64,000 bases of DNA from Candidatus Iainarchaeum sp. (GCA_030649735.1 JAUSFL010000044.1:14038-78037); one strand, 5' to 3'; counted from the first letter of the stretch, positions 47,615 to 55,310 are shown. A program made the numbers and translations. Notes: generated by a model not told the origin, from the letters alone.

Positions 47615-48033
47615 AAACATGGAAATAAGGTTGTTACTGAATAAAAAAATAGCACATTCTAATGCCAAAATTAGTGTATAATGATTTGATAATTATTATA
47701 GTGGGTCTTTTAGATATCTTCTTTCAAAATAATCAATTAATTGTAAATTACAAGTTTAGAACTATGATTACATTTGTTTATGATAAAAAATTGTTAAAAC
47801 ATCAACTGAAAATCCAAAATATGATTAATTAAGTCTGGATTGAACTTCGAATTTCTTGTATATTCTATGGGTTTTTAAGTGTAGGAATTGCCTTGCTTTT
47901 AGCTGATTTCTAGTAATCCTTGTTGTTTTTTCTATTAATTAGACTAGATTAGCTTTATTCTTGGCAAAAAGAAATAATTAAGCTTATTTGCTGGTTTTAG
48001 TTTTTGCAGTTTCTTTTTTTCTGGGTTATTTTT

Positions 48034-48044
48034 TGTAGTGCCTA
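48034..48044 (-). repeat. Dispersed element copy (11/12, reverse) in the repeat-dense non-coding block
   Basis: TTTTGTAGTGCCTAT. Confidence 0.65.
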
Positions 48045-48198
48045 TGTCTCTATTTTTGCTTTTGTTTTCGGGACATTTACAAGACATTTTTTGGGTTTGC
48101 GGGACAATTAATTGGCAATTTTATAGTTGATTTTTTTGATTCGTATTTTTTTTGCCGACATTTTCCCGACATTTTTTCACTTTTCCCGACACCCATTT

Positions 48199-48210
48199 TG
48201 TAGTGCCTAA
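48199..48210 (-). repeat. Dispersed element copy (exact, reverse) in the repeat-dense non-coding block
   Basis: TTTTGTAGTGCCTAA. Confidence 0.8.
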
Positions 48211-48296
48211 TGCTGCTTTCAATTTTCCTATTTTCTGCTTAGTGCCATTTTTGTGCCATTTTTTTACTTTGCGTGTCATTCAAAGCTTGCATCTTC

Positions 48297-48307
48297 TGTA
48301 GTGCCTA
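48297..48307 (-). repeat. Dispersed element copy (11/12, reverse) in the repeat-dense non-coding block
   Basis: CTGTAGTGCCTAT. Confidence 0.65.
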
Positions 48308-48482
48308 TGCTCCGCTTTATTCACTTGCTTGCCAGTAACTGAGTTAACTCATGCTTAAATAATTCAATGTAGAAGGTATGTCTAGAGAGTTTTCAAAACT
48401 GCTTTATAAAAGCAGAAGTAAGGACTTCTCATGAGAAACCCGACAACGACAATAAGAAGGCCGGAACAGAAATTAATGCAAG

Positions 48483-48671
48483 GTGAAGAAATTGGAACTA
48501 CAGCAAACTCTTACAGTTAGGAAGAATGAGCAAATGACGGCAAAGCAAGTGGCCTTGTTGCTGGCGAGAAAGACAGATTTTGAGTTAAAGCGAGAGTTTC
48601 CGGTTTTTTGGGAATTGCTTGCAATAAAAAGCAAAAGTTGGAAAAGTGTTGATGATGAGTTTGAATATTGA
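48483..48671 (+). CDS. Small hypothetical protein
   Basis: 62-aa ORF at the edge of the repeat block. Confidence 0.3.
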   Translation: MKKLELQQTLTVRKNEQMTAKQVALLLARKTDFELKREFPVFWELLAIKSKSWKSVDDEFEY

Positions 48672-48882
48672 GTTGAGAATACCAAAGCAAGTAGTGCCTA
48701 ACTGTTTTCTCTGCCTCTCAAACAAAAGAAAACGCAAAAAAATGGTGTTCCGTACAACCCAAAGAAGATGGGTTTGCAAAGAATGCCTTGACGCGCTTGG
48801 AGAAAACCAAATACAACAAATGCTTGAAAAAATTCCTTTGGCTGAAGATATAATATTCAGAAAGCCAAGCATCAATTTTTAG
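48646..48882 (+). CDS. Small zinc-ribbon protein
   Basis: CFLC...CKEC. Confidence 0.35.
   Translation: MLMMSLNIELRIPKQVVPNCFLCLSNKRKRKKMVFRTTQRRWVCKECLDALGENQIQQMLEKIPLAEDIIFRKPSINF
48691..48701 (-). repeat. Dispersed element copy (11/12, reverse) between small ORFs of the element
   Basis: AAGTAGTGCCTAACTG. Confidence 0.65.
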
Positions 48883-48890
48883 TGATTGCT

Positions 48891-49241
48891 TCAGACGCAG
48901 ATTATTTTTACTGTTTTTAAGTCTATTAGCGGGGTTCTTTTTTCTGTTTCGTTGATGATTTCGAACATTTTTTCAACGTTTTCTGGAACGTTTGCTTCAT
49001 TGATGTCTTTTTTTGAAGTGTTTTTTCTTGTTAGGTATTCTTGTGCGAAAGAGCGGGATATTGACTTGACTTTTTTGAAGTCTATGGTTATTTGTTTCTC
49101 TTTCATTTTCTCTAAATCATCAAAGAAGTTGCTGACTAGGTCTCTTAAAGCAAGGTTTTCGGAAATTATTTTTGCAATTTCTATCTTACTTGATAAAGTC
49201 ATAAATGTCCACTTCTTTTGCCGGATAGGGTATTCTGACAC
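48891..49241 (-). CDS. STAS-like (DUF4325-like) small protein, partner of the upstream GHKL ATPase
   Basis: ITIDFKKVKSISRSFAQEY pattern, 116 aa; overlaps the ATPase 3' end. Confidence 0.4.
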   Translation of the reverse strand: MSEYPIRQKKWTFMTLSSKIEIAKIISENLALRDLVSNFFDDLEKMKEKQITIDFKKVKSISRSFAQEYLTRKNTSKKDINEANVPENVEKMFEIINETEKRTPLIDLKTVKIICV

Positions 49242-49995
49242 TTATTAGGGTGCCTTGTAACCTATAATTGTCTCGGAGTTTATATAATTTTGTTGGTTCA
49301 TTGCCTTTAAAGTAGGCTGCCCCATTTCCTGACACAATAAGCAGCTCTCCCGAAAGGCCTTTTGTGAAAAGCTTTAAGTTTGAGCCTAAGCCAAAACCAC
49401 GCTCTTTCCCTTTGGTTGAAAGGCCATTAATTGCCTGGATTATGCTTTCAGCGTCCTCAAAAACCATTCCTTTTTTTGCAAAACTACCGGGAATTGTTAT
49501 TCCGTCATCAAAAAAGCATATTTCAACAAATCCTTTCTTTTCATACTTTTGGGCCATTACAAAAGCATTCTTGAATTCTGAATGCTGATAAATGTTATCA
49601 ACAAGCTCGTTTATCAAATATTTGAAAGCATTTTCCCCACCATACTCTTTGCCATTATTGTGCAGTTTGAAAATCTGTTCTAGAAACTTTTCTGAATCCT
49701 TTTCTGCAACTTTTGGCGGCAGGCCTATTATTGGAATGTAAGTTTTTAATCCATTCTCAACCTTAAACTCACCAATAACCAAAGAAATATAGTTTGCGGC
49801 ATTCTGATTTGCTGGGGGAACATACTTGATTTTCTTGCTGTTTTCCTTAATGAACACGCCTAAAGGAAGCAAGGTTGTGGGATAAAGCCAGCTAACAGTT
49901 TGCAAATTAAGAACTTTTGTTTCAATGCTGGAATTCTTAAAATTACAGAAAATAAGGTAATTGTTCAATTGATTAGGAAACTCCAACTCAGCCAT
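49186..49995 (-). CDS. GHKL-superfamily ATPase (histidine-kinase-like ATP-binding domain) with N-terminal unknown region
   Basis: N box ELVDNIYQHS, G1 DDGITIP, G2 GFGLGSNL. Confidence 0.6.
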   Translation of the reverse strand: MAELEFPNQLNNYLIFCNFKNSSIETKVLNLQTVSWLYPTTLLPLGVFIKENSKKIKYVPPANQNAANYISLVIGEFKVENGLKTYIPIIGLPPKVAEKDSEKFLEQIFKLHNNGKEYGGENAFKYLINELVDNIYQHSEFKNAFVMAQKYEKKGFVEICFFDDGITIPGSFAKKGMVFEDAESIIQAINGLSTKGKERGFGLGSNLKLFTKGLSGELLIVSGNGAAYFKGNEPTKLYKLRDNYRLQGTLISVRIPYPAKEVDIYDFIK

Positions 49996-50232
49996 AAAGC
50001 AATTATCGCTAAAAAGAGAATAAAAACCTAAGCAGGCGAGAATTCCACTGGAAAAAAGCGCCAGAAACGTTTTACGCAGAAAAAATTATTAACAACTTAC
50101 TACTTCTATGTCAACTACTAAAGGATAAATAAAAGAAGCGAGTTTTAAGCATTGAGGGAATTCTTACTTTTGACCTTTATTCTCCCCGGGGCTATTAAGA
50201 CCTGGGGCTTTTTTGAACAGCAGTTCAAAATT

Positions 50233-50246
50233 GCCCCTGGGGCTAT
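50233..50246 (+). repeat. Degenerate second att-like copy (CCCCTGGGGCTATT) 40 bp beyond attR
   Basis: Resembles CCCCGGGGCTATT with one T inserted; CCTGGGGCT also at 50200. Confidence 0.4.
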
Positions 50247-50387
50247 TTTTTCTTTTTTGCCTAGTTTTCCAACTATTGCACTATTTTTTGTTAGCCTTTT
50301 CCCTAACATTAACGTTTTCTTTTAAAACTGCTGCGACTGCTTTTACTAATGCATGTGTTTTGATTTCGTGCTTAAATTTTTCAAGAG

Positions 50388-51263
50388 GTGAAAAGCATGG
50401 TTAAGGAAAACAAGTTTTGGATAATTCCTGCGGCTGTGATTCTTGCGGCATTGATTGTTGCAATTGGATTGAATTTCAGCTCGCTGACAGGCAAAAATGC
50501 GGAAGTTGCTCCGCAGATTCAAGTGCCGAACTATTTGACAAAGGCGCAAAACAATTATAATGCGCAAGATTTTATTCCGGCAAGCGATGGAGCAATCAGT
50601 TTTGCGGCTGACAATTCAGGCAATCAGGCAAGATTGCTTTCGGTTTCTGGAACAGTCTTGAAAACCACGGCTCCAGACAAGGCAACAGTGGTTTTTAGCG
50701 TTGAAACAACGGATAAGCATGCTTCAAAAAGCCAAAGCGACAATGCAGAACTTGCCGCCAAAGTAATGGCTGCCTTGAAAAATGCGGGAATTGCGGACAA
50801 GGACATCAAGACAGTCTCTTACAACTTGAATGAAGAATTCCAATGGAATGAGACTTTGAGAAAGTCTGAAAGCATTGGATACAGGACAACAAACAGCGTT
50901 CAAGTTTCATTGACTGACCTGTCAAAGACTGGAAGCGTCATTGATGCCGCAGTGCAGGCTGGAGCAAACAATGTAAGCTCTGTAAGCTTTGGGCTTTCTT
51001 CGGACAAGGAAAGCGCGTTGAAAATTCAGGCATTAAAAGAAGCTGCTGAAGCAGCCAAAGTCAAGGCAGAAAGCATTGCTTCAGGGCTTGGAATCACTGT
51101 GGGACAGGTTTACAGCGCGCAGGAAAGCTCGAACTATTACATTCCAAACTACAAGAATTACGCAATGGAATCGGCAGCGCCTTCAGCGGGAGTTTCTACT
51201 CCAATAACTCCAGGCGACATTGAGTTTTCTGCAACAGTCAGCGTTCAATTTGAAATCCAGTAA
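50388..51263 (+). CDS. SIMPL/DUF541-family secreted protein
   Basis: N-terminal TM/signal, two-repeat SIMPL pattern (VSYNLNEEF...; GITVGQVYS...). Confidence 0.7.
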   Translation: MKSMVKENKFWIIPAAVILAALIVAIGLNFSSLTGKNAEVAPQIQVPNYLTKAQNNYNAQDFIPASDGAISFAADNSGNQARLLSVSGTVLKTTAPDKATVVFSVETTDKHASKSQSDNAELAAKVMAALKNAGIADKDIKTVSYNLNEEFQWNETLRKSESIGYRTTNSVQVSLTDLSKTGSVIDAAVQAGANNVSSVSFGLSSDKESALKIQALKEAAEAAKVKAESIASGLGITVGQVYSAQESSNYYIPNYKNYAMESAAPSAGVSTPITPGDIEFSATVSVQFEIQ

Positions 51264-51446
51264 AAAAAACTGGGTTTCCTTCTTTTCTTTTTTATTCTGG
51301 AAAAAAAAGCCTTAAATCCAGAGTGTTTTTTAATACTTTTTCCAGAAAATTCATTATATGCAGGCCAGAAGGGATTGTCGGATTCTCAGTCTTTAAGACT
51401 TCTTCTTTAAATAATTTATTGGCTAATAGATTTATGAGTGATGTTT

Positions 51447-51520
51447 GGGAGGGTAGCATAGTCTGGTGGTGCTCTCGACTGATAATCGAGTGGTCCTGGG
51501 TTCAAATCCCAGCCTTCCCA
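51447..51520 (+). tRNA. tRNA-Ile (anticodon GAU)
   Basis: Acceptor GGGAGGG/CCTTCCC, D stem GCAT/GTGC, anticodon stem CTCGA/TCGAG with loop CTGATAA, T arm CTGGG-TTCAAAT-CCCAG. Confidence 0.8.
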
Positions 51521-51550
51521 ATTCCCTCAAAACTCTAAAAGGTTTTTTGA

Positions 51551-52180
51551 ATGCCGATTCCTAAAAAACAAAGGACAGCAATAAACAATGCAAGGCAAAG
51601 GCTCGGAAAGCCTGAAGGAATTTTTTACAGCAGGCTCAAAAGGCTGCTAAAAGGCAAAGAGCTAATGCGCATGTATGCCAGGCAAAGCGCTTTGCTTGAC
51701 ACGCGGGCAACTCAAGGCGTTGAATTAATAAAAAAGCTTGCGGAAGACTTAGACGCTGGAAAAATACCTGTTGAAGAGTATTCTAAAAAGCGCGGGCAAT
51801 TAACAATTAAGTACATTCAAGGCAGGACTCAAATGAAGGCAATGGGCCGCTTGATTTTAAATAACATTATGAGAGTTTCAAAAATTGAAAACCCGCAAGA
51901 AATTAGAATGTTAAATGAAATGATTTTTAAGGCAAAGTTTCCCTTGCCTGCTGATTTTGTAAAGGCAGTGGGGAATGGAATTGTTTCGGCAGAAAGCATT
52001 AAAAAAGCCAGGCTGGATTTGGAACTAATTGCACAGCAAAACAGCAAAATGCTTAGGAAAATCAGGATTTACAAAAAGCAGGATTTCATGGTCCATCATC
52101 ACTTCACGCACATTGGGCTTGTTATTCAAGGGTATTCTCAAATTATGGCGCATTATTTGAAAGACTTTCAGTCAGCATGA
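51551..52180 (+). CDS. Hypothetical protein
   Basis: ORF only. Confidence 0.4.
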   Translation: MPIPKKQRTAINNARQRLGKPEGIFYSRLKRLLKGKELMRMYARQSALLDTRATQGVELIKKLAEDLDAGKIPVEEYSKKRGQLTIKYIQGRTQMKAMGRLILNNIMRVSKIENPQEIRMLNEMIFKAKFPLPADFVKAVGNGIVSAESIKKARLDLELIAQQNSKMLRKIRIYKKQDFMVHHHFTHIGLVIQGYSQIMAHYLKDFQSA

Positions 52181-52186
52181 GTTAAT

Positions 52187-53125
52187 TCAGCGCTTGGCTT
52201 GCATTGGAGCAATGATGCTTTTTGGGTTTTGAGGCTTTTGGGGCTTGCTTGGCCCTTTCACTAAAGGCATTGCGCCTGCAGGGTGCAATTGCTCTTCGAT
52301 TTCTTTTTCATCAACCAGTTCGCAAATGTCATCCAAAGGAATGTCGTAGGCTTTCGCGAATTCTTCAGTGCAGCGAATGTACTGCTTTAACGGCGCCATT
52401 CTTGTCGCGAATTCCGCCTTGTATGGAAAGTCGCCGTTCAGCAAGTCGTAAACTTTCAGGCCGCGCGCAATTCCCAAATTAATGTTTTGCAGTATTGCGT
52501 AAAATCCAAGCGCCCTCTTGTTCAATGCCGCGTTTTCTTTCCTCAAGAAAGCAAGGTCGTAAATTGTCGAGTTGACCCACATGCTCACGTTAACTCCGAC
52601 AAGCTCTTCGCCAAGGTAAAAGCTTAAAGTGTGGGTGTTTTTGGAATGGAACAGTTCCCAGCGCATTTTCCAGTCTTCTTCAGGCTCTGGATCTTCGCCT
52701 TCTTTCATGTTCAATTCGTCAATTTTTTTCACAAACCATTTCCAGGCTTTCTTCAAGTCTTCAAAATTGTCTTCAACAATCCTTATGTCGGAATTTTTTC
52801 TTAAAATGTACTTGAATTTTTTCCTTCGTTTCTTTTGAACGCCGGCCAAGTATTCATTAAAGTTTTCCGGCAAGTCCACAATGTATTCTTTAAGGTTGGA
52901 ATTGTCGATTTTTCCAATCTTTGACTTCCTGTCAATTCCAGTAATCCAGACATTGGTTGGGGCGTTTTTCAAATCGCTTTTCTTTAGCCTTACGGTTGGG
53001 ATTACCCAGCACAAAGGATACTCGAAAAAAACAGGCCCTTTCACGCTTGGGTCTATGGGAGAGCTTGTCCTTGGCTTCCAATCAAGACTTTTTTTATCAT
53101 CAAACCAAAAATCAACTACCGGCAT
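52187..53125 (-). CDS. Hypothetical protein, possibly FemAB/CelD-like (BioF2-like) acyltransferase fold
   Basis: Weak pattern similarity (LNGDFPYKAEFA near the C-terminus); uncertain. Confidence 0.35.
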   Translation of the reverse strand: MPVVDFWFDDKKSLDWKPRTSSPIDPSVKGPVFFEYPLCWVIPTVRLKKSDLKNAPTNVWITGIDRKSKIGKIDNSNLKEYIVDLPENFNEYLAGVQKKRRKKFKYILRKNSDIRIVEDNFEDLKKAWKWFVKKIDELNMKEGEDPEPEEDWKMRWELFHSKNTHTLSFYLGEELVGVNVSMWVNSTIYDLAFLRKENAALNKRALGFYAILQNINLGIARGLKVYDLLNGDFPYKAEFATRMAPLKQYIRCTEEFAKAYDIPLDDICELVDEKEIEEQLHPAGAMPLVKGPSKPQKPQNPKSIIAPMQAKR

Positions 53126-53378
53126 AATTTTTATTAAACCCCCAAAAGGATTTTCACACGCTTCAAAAAATATTTTCCAAAATAATTCTCGGATTTTTTT
53201 CCAAGAACTTTTTCCAAATATTTTTTGCTAACTAAAATAAATCAAAAGAAGTATTTAAACATTAGCTTTAGAATTTTTTTCGTTGAAAGGAAAAAAGATT
53301 GGTTCAATAGTTAAAAAATGCTTGAAAAAAATACTTTTCACGGAAAAATCTTGAATTCTGCGGGAAATTAGGCAAGAT

Positions 53379-55310
53379 TTATTTTTTTGAAATTGTTTTT
53401 TCAAATATTTTCTGCAGTTCTTTCGCGTCTGCCTTGCCTTTTGCAGCGCGCATTGCCTGCCCGACAAGGAAATTTAGGGCTTTTTCGCTGCCGTTCGCAA
53501 AGTCTTGCGCGGCCTTCTGGTTTTCTGAAGCAATTTTTTTACAGATTTCTTCAAGTTCTTTTCCGCCAAGCTTTGAAAGCAGGCCTTGCGAGCTCAAATA
53601 CTGCAAGGGGTCTATCTTTTCGCTTACAATCCGAATCATTGTTTCTTTGGCGATTTTTTCATTGATTTTTCCAGCCTGCAGAAATTCAAGCAGGGAAATT
53701 ATTTTTTTTGCGGGAATTTCGGCCTCGGCAAGGGACAAATTGCCGTGGTTGAGTATTGCCAAGAGCTCGCGCGTGAGGAATTTTGCCGAAAGCTTTGCGT
53801 CAATTTTTTTGGAAACTTCATCAAAGAGCTTTCCGAGCTCGAAGTCCGAGACTATCACGCGCGCTTCATATTCTGTAAGGCCTTTTTCTTTCACTATGCG
53901 TTTTATTTTTTGCTCTGGCAGTTCTGGCAGTTCTGCCTTGATTTTCTTGATTTTTTCTTCAGAAACTTCAACAACCGGCAGGTCTGGCTCGAAAATATAT
54001 CCGTAATCCTCTTCGGTTTCTTTTGTTCGAAGGCTTCTTGTCTTTCCGGTTGTTTCATCAAAAGACCTTGTTTCGCGAATTGGCTTTCCGCCAGCCGCTA
54101 TTAATTTCGTTTGCCTTTCAACTTCAAACTTCAAAGCGTCTTCAACTGCCTTAAAGCCAGTCACGTTTTTCACTTCGACTCTTTCAAAGCCCTGCATTGA
54201 AACATTTGTGTCTGCCTTCATTACGTTTTTTCCCAAGACAAAAACATTCAAGTAATTCAATAAATTCAGGAGCAAGTCCAGGAATTCGCGCGCTTCTTCA
54301 GGGGTTTCCATGTCCGGGTCAGTGACTATTTCAAGCAATGGGATTCCCGAGCGGTTGTAGTCAATGAGCGAGTAATTGCTTGACGAGATTCCTGCCTCGT
54401 GCACTAATGCTGCCGGGTCTTCTTCCAAGTGAACTCTTGTAATGTTGATTGTTTTTCCATTTTTTAAATTCAGGCTGCCTTTTTCCCCTAATGGAATTTC
54501 AAACTGCGTGATTTGGAAGTCTTTCGCCAGGTCTGGATAAAAGTATGTTTTCCTGCTGAAAAAGAATTCCTTGTTGATTTTGCAGTTCAATGCCAGCGCT
54601 ACCTTTAATCCCATTTCAACTGCCTTTTCGTTCAATGAAGGCTTGCTGCCTGGCATTCCGAGGCAGATTTCGCAGACTCTGGAGTTTGGCTTGTCTTCAA
54701 CTTCTGCGCCAGAGCCTGAAATCGCTTTTTCAATGCCTTCTTTTTCGGCAATGACTTCATCGCTTGAAATTTCCGCAATTTTGTAATTGTCAATTGCCTT
54801 GAGGAATTCTTTTTTTGAAATTATTATTCCTGAATAATGGTTTCCGGCATTGAATGAAATCAATTCATTTTCCAAAAGCCTTTTGTCAATTATTTTTTTC
54901 ACGCCTTCAATTGTTGGTGGAACTGCCCCTACAGAGCAGCCGGTGAATTTCAGCACTTCTTCAGGAGTTGCTGGCCTTATTTTTTCTCTATTCAATGCTT
55001 CTGAAGATTTTTCCAAATCCAGTTTTCTGTCTCCCGGAAGAATGAAAATGACCGGGTTTCCTGAACTGACGCAAACCATTGCTTTTGCTATCTGGCTTGC
55101 CTTGAGGTTTCTTTCCCTTGCGGAGTCAGCGCAGCGCATTGCGAGGCCATGCTGCACGTACTTGAAGTCAATTCCTTTATTTTCCAAATAATTCTTGACC
55201 CAAGGCGCTTTCATTGCCTGTGTCGGGCATTTGCAGAAAAGCTTTGTTTGAGTGTTCAATTGAATATGGATTTCAAGGCCCATCATTGGCGTAAGGCTTT
55301 TCTGGCTCAT
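53379..55310 (-). CDS. gatB: Asp/Glu-tRNA amidotransferase subunit B with an inserted YbaK/ProX-type deacylase domain
   Basis: GLEIHIQLNT..KLFCKCPTQ, then ~170-aa insert (aa ~32-205; nt ~54696-55217), then PNSRVCEICLGMPGSKP..ALALNC and the rest of GatB including the C-terminal YqeY tail. The insert aligns to YbaK. Confidence 0.85.
   Translation of the reverse strand: MSQKSLTPMMGLEIHIQLNTQTKLFCKCPTQAMKAPWVKNYLENKGIDFKYVQHGLAMRCADSARERNLKASQIAKAMVCVSSGNPVIFILPGDRKLDLEKSSEALNREKIRPATPEEVLKFTGCSVGAVPPTIEGVKKIIDKRLLENELISFNAGNHYSGIIISKKEFLKAIDNYKIAEISSDEVIAEKEGIEKAISGSGAEVEDKPNSRVCEICLGMPGSKPSLNEKAVEMGLKVALALNCKINKEFFFSRKTYFYPDLAKDFQITQFEIPLGEKGSLNLKNGKTINITRVHLEEDPAALVHEAGISSSNYSLIDYNRSGIPLLEIVTDPDMETPEEAREFLDLLLNLLNYLNVFVLGKNVMKADTNVSMQGFERVEVKNVTGFKAVEDALKFEVERQTKLIAAGGKPIRETRSFDETTGKTRSLRTKETEEDYGYIFEPDLPVVEVSEEKIKKIKAELPELPEQKIKRIVKEKGLTEYEARVIVSDFELGKLFDEVSKKIDAKLSAKFLTRELLAILNHGNLSLAEAEIPAKKIISLLEFLQAGKINEKIAKETMIRIVSEKIDPLQYLSSQGLLSKLGGKELEEICKKIASENQKAAQDFANGSEKALNFLVGQAMRAAKGKADAKELQKIFEKTISKK

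Larger units (their letters stand above)
47669..48482. repeat. AT-rich non-coding block (~0.8 kb) dense in short direct repeats; three copies of the dispersed element plus CCCGACA/GGGACA iterons
   Basis: GGGACATTT, GGGACAATT, CGACATTTTCCCGACATTTTTTCACTTTTCCCGACACCC, AGTGCCATTTTTGTGCCATTTTT; no ORF; not regularly spaced. Confidence 0.6.
37177..50196 (+). mobile_element. Integrated element (~13 kb) in the tRNA-Gln 3' end, bounded by 17-bp direct repeats TCTCCCCGGGGCTATTA
   Basis: attL at 37177-37192 (inside the tRNA), attR at 50180-50196, integrase adjacent to attL, cargo visibly more AT-rich (unquantified). Confidence 0.65.

Noticed and set aside
47669-48482. Repeat-dense block as a CRISPR array
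   Set aside because: Repeats are short (7-12 bp), degenerate and irregularly spaced with no unique spacers of constant length; no cas genes in the window.
53387-54104. Long plus-strand ORFs antisense to gatB (53387-53665, 53434-54006, 53586-54104), and the 269-aa ORF 57854-58663 antisense to guaB
   Set aside because: Low-complexity translations lying opposite strongly supported housekeeping CDSs; shadow ORFs.
54696-55217. GatB insertion as an intein
   Set aside because: No intein splicing motifs (N-terminal Cys/Ser block A, HNF/HN C-terminal block, endonuclease LAGLIDADG); the insert aligns to YbaK/ProX instead.
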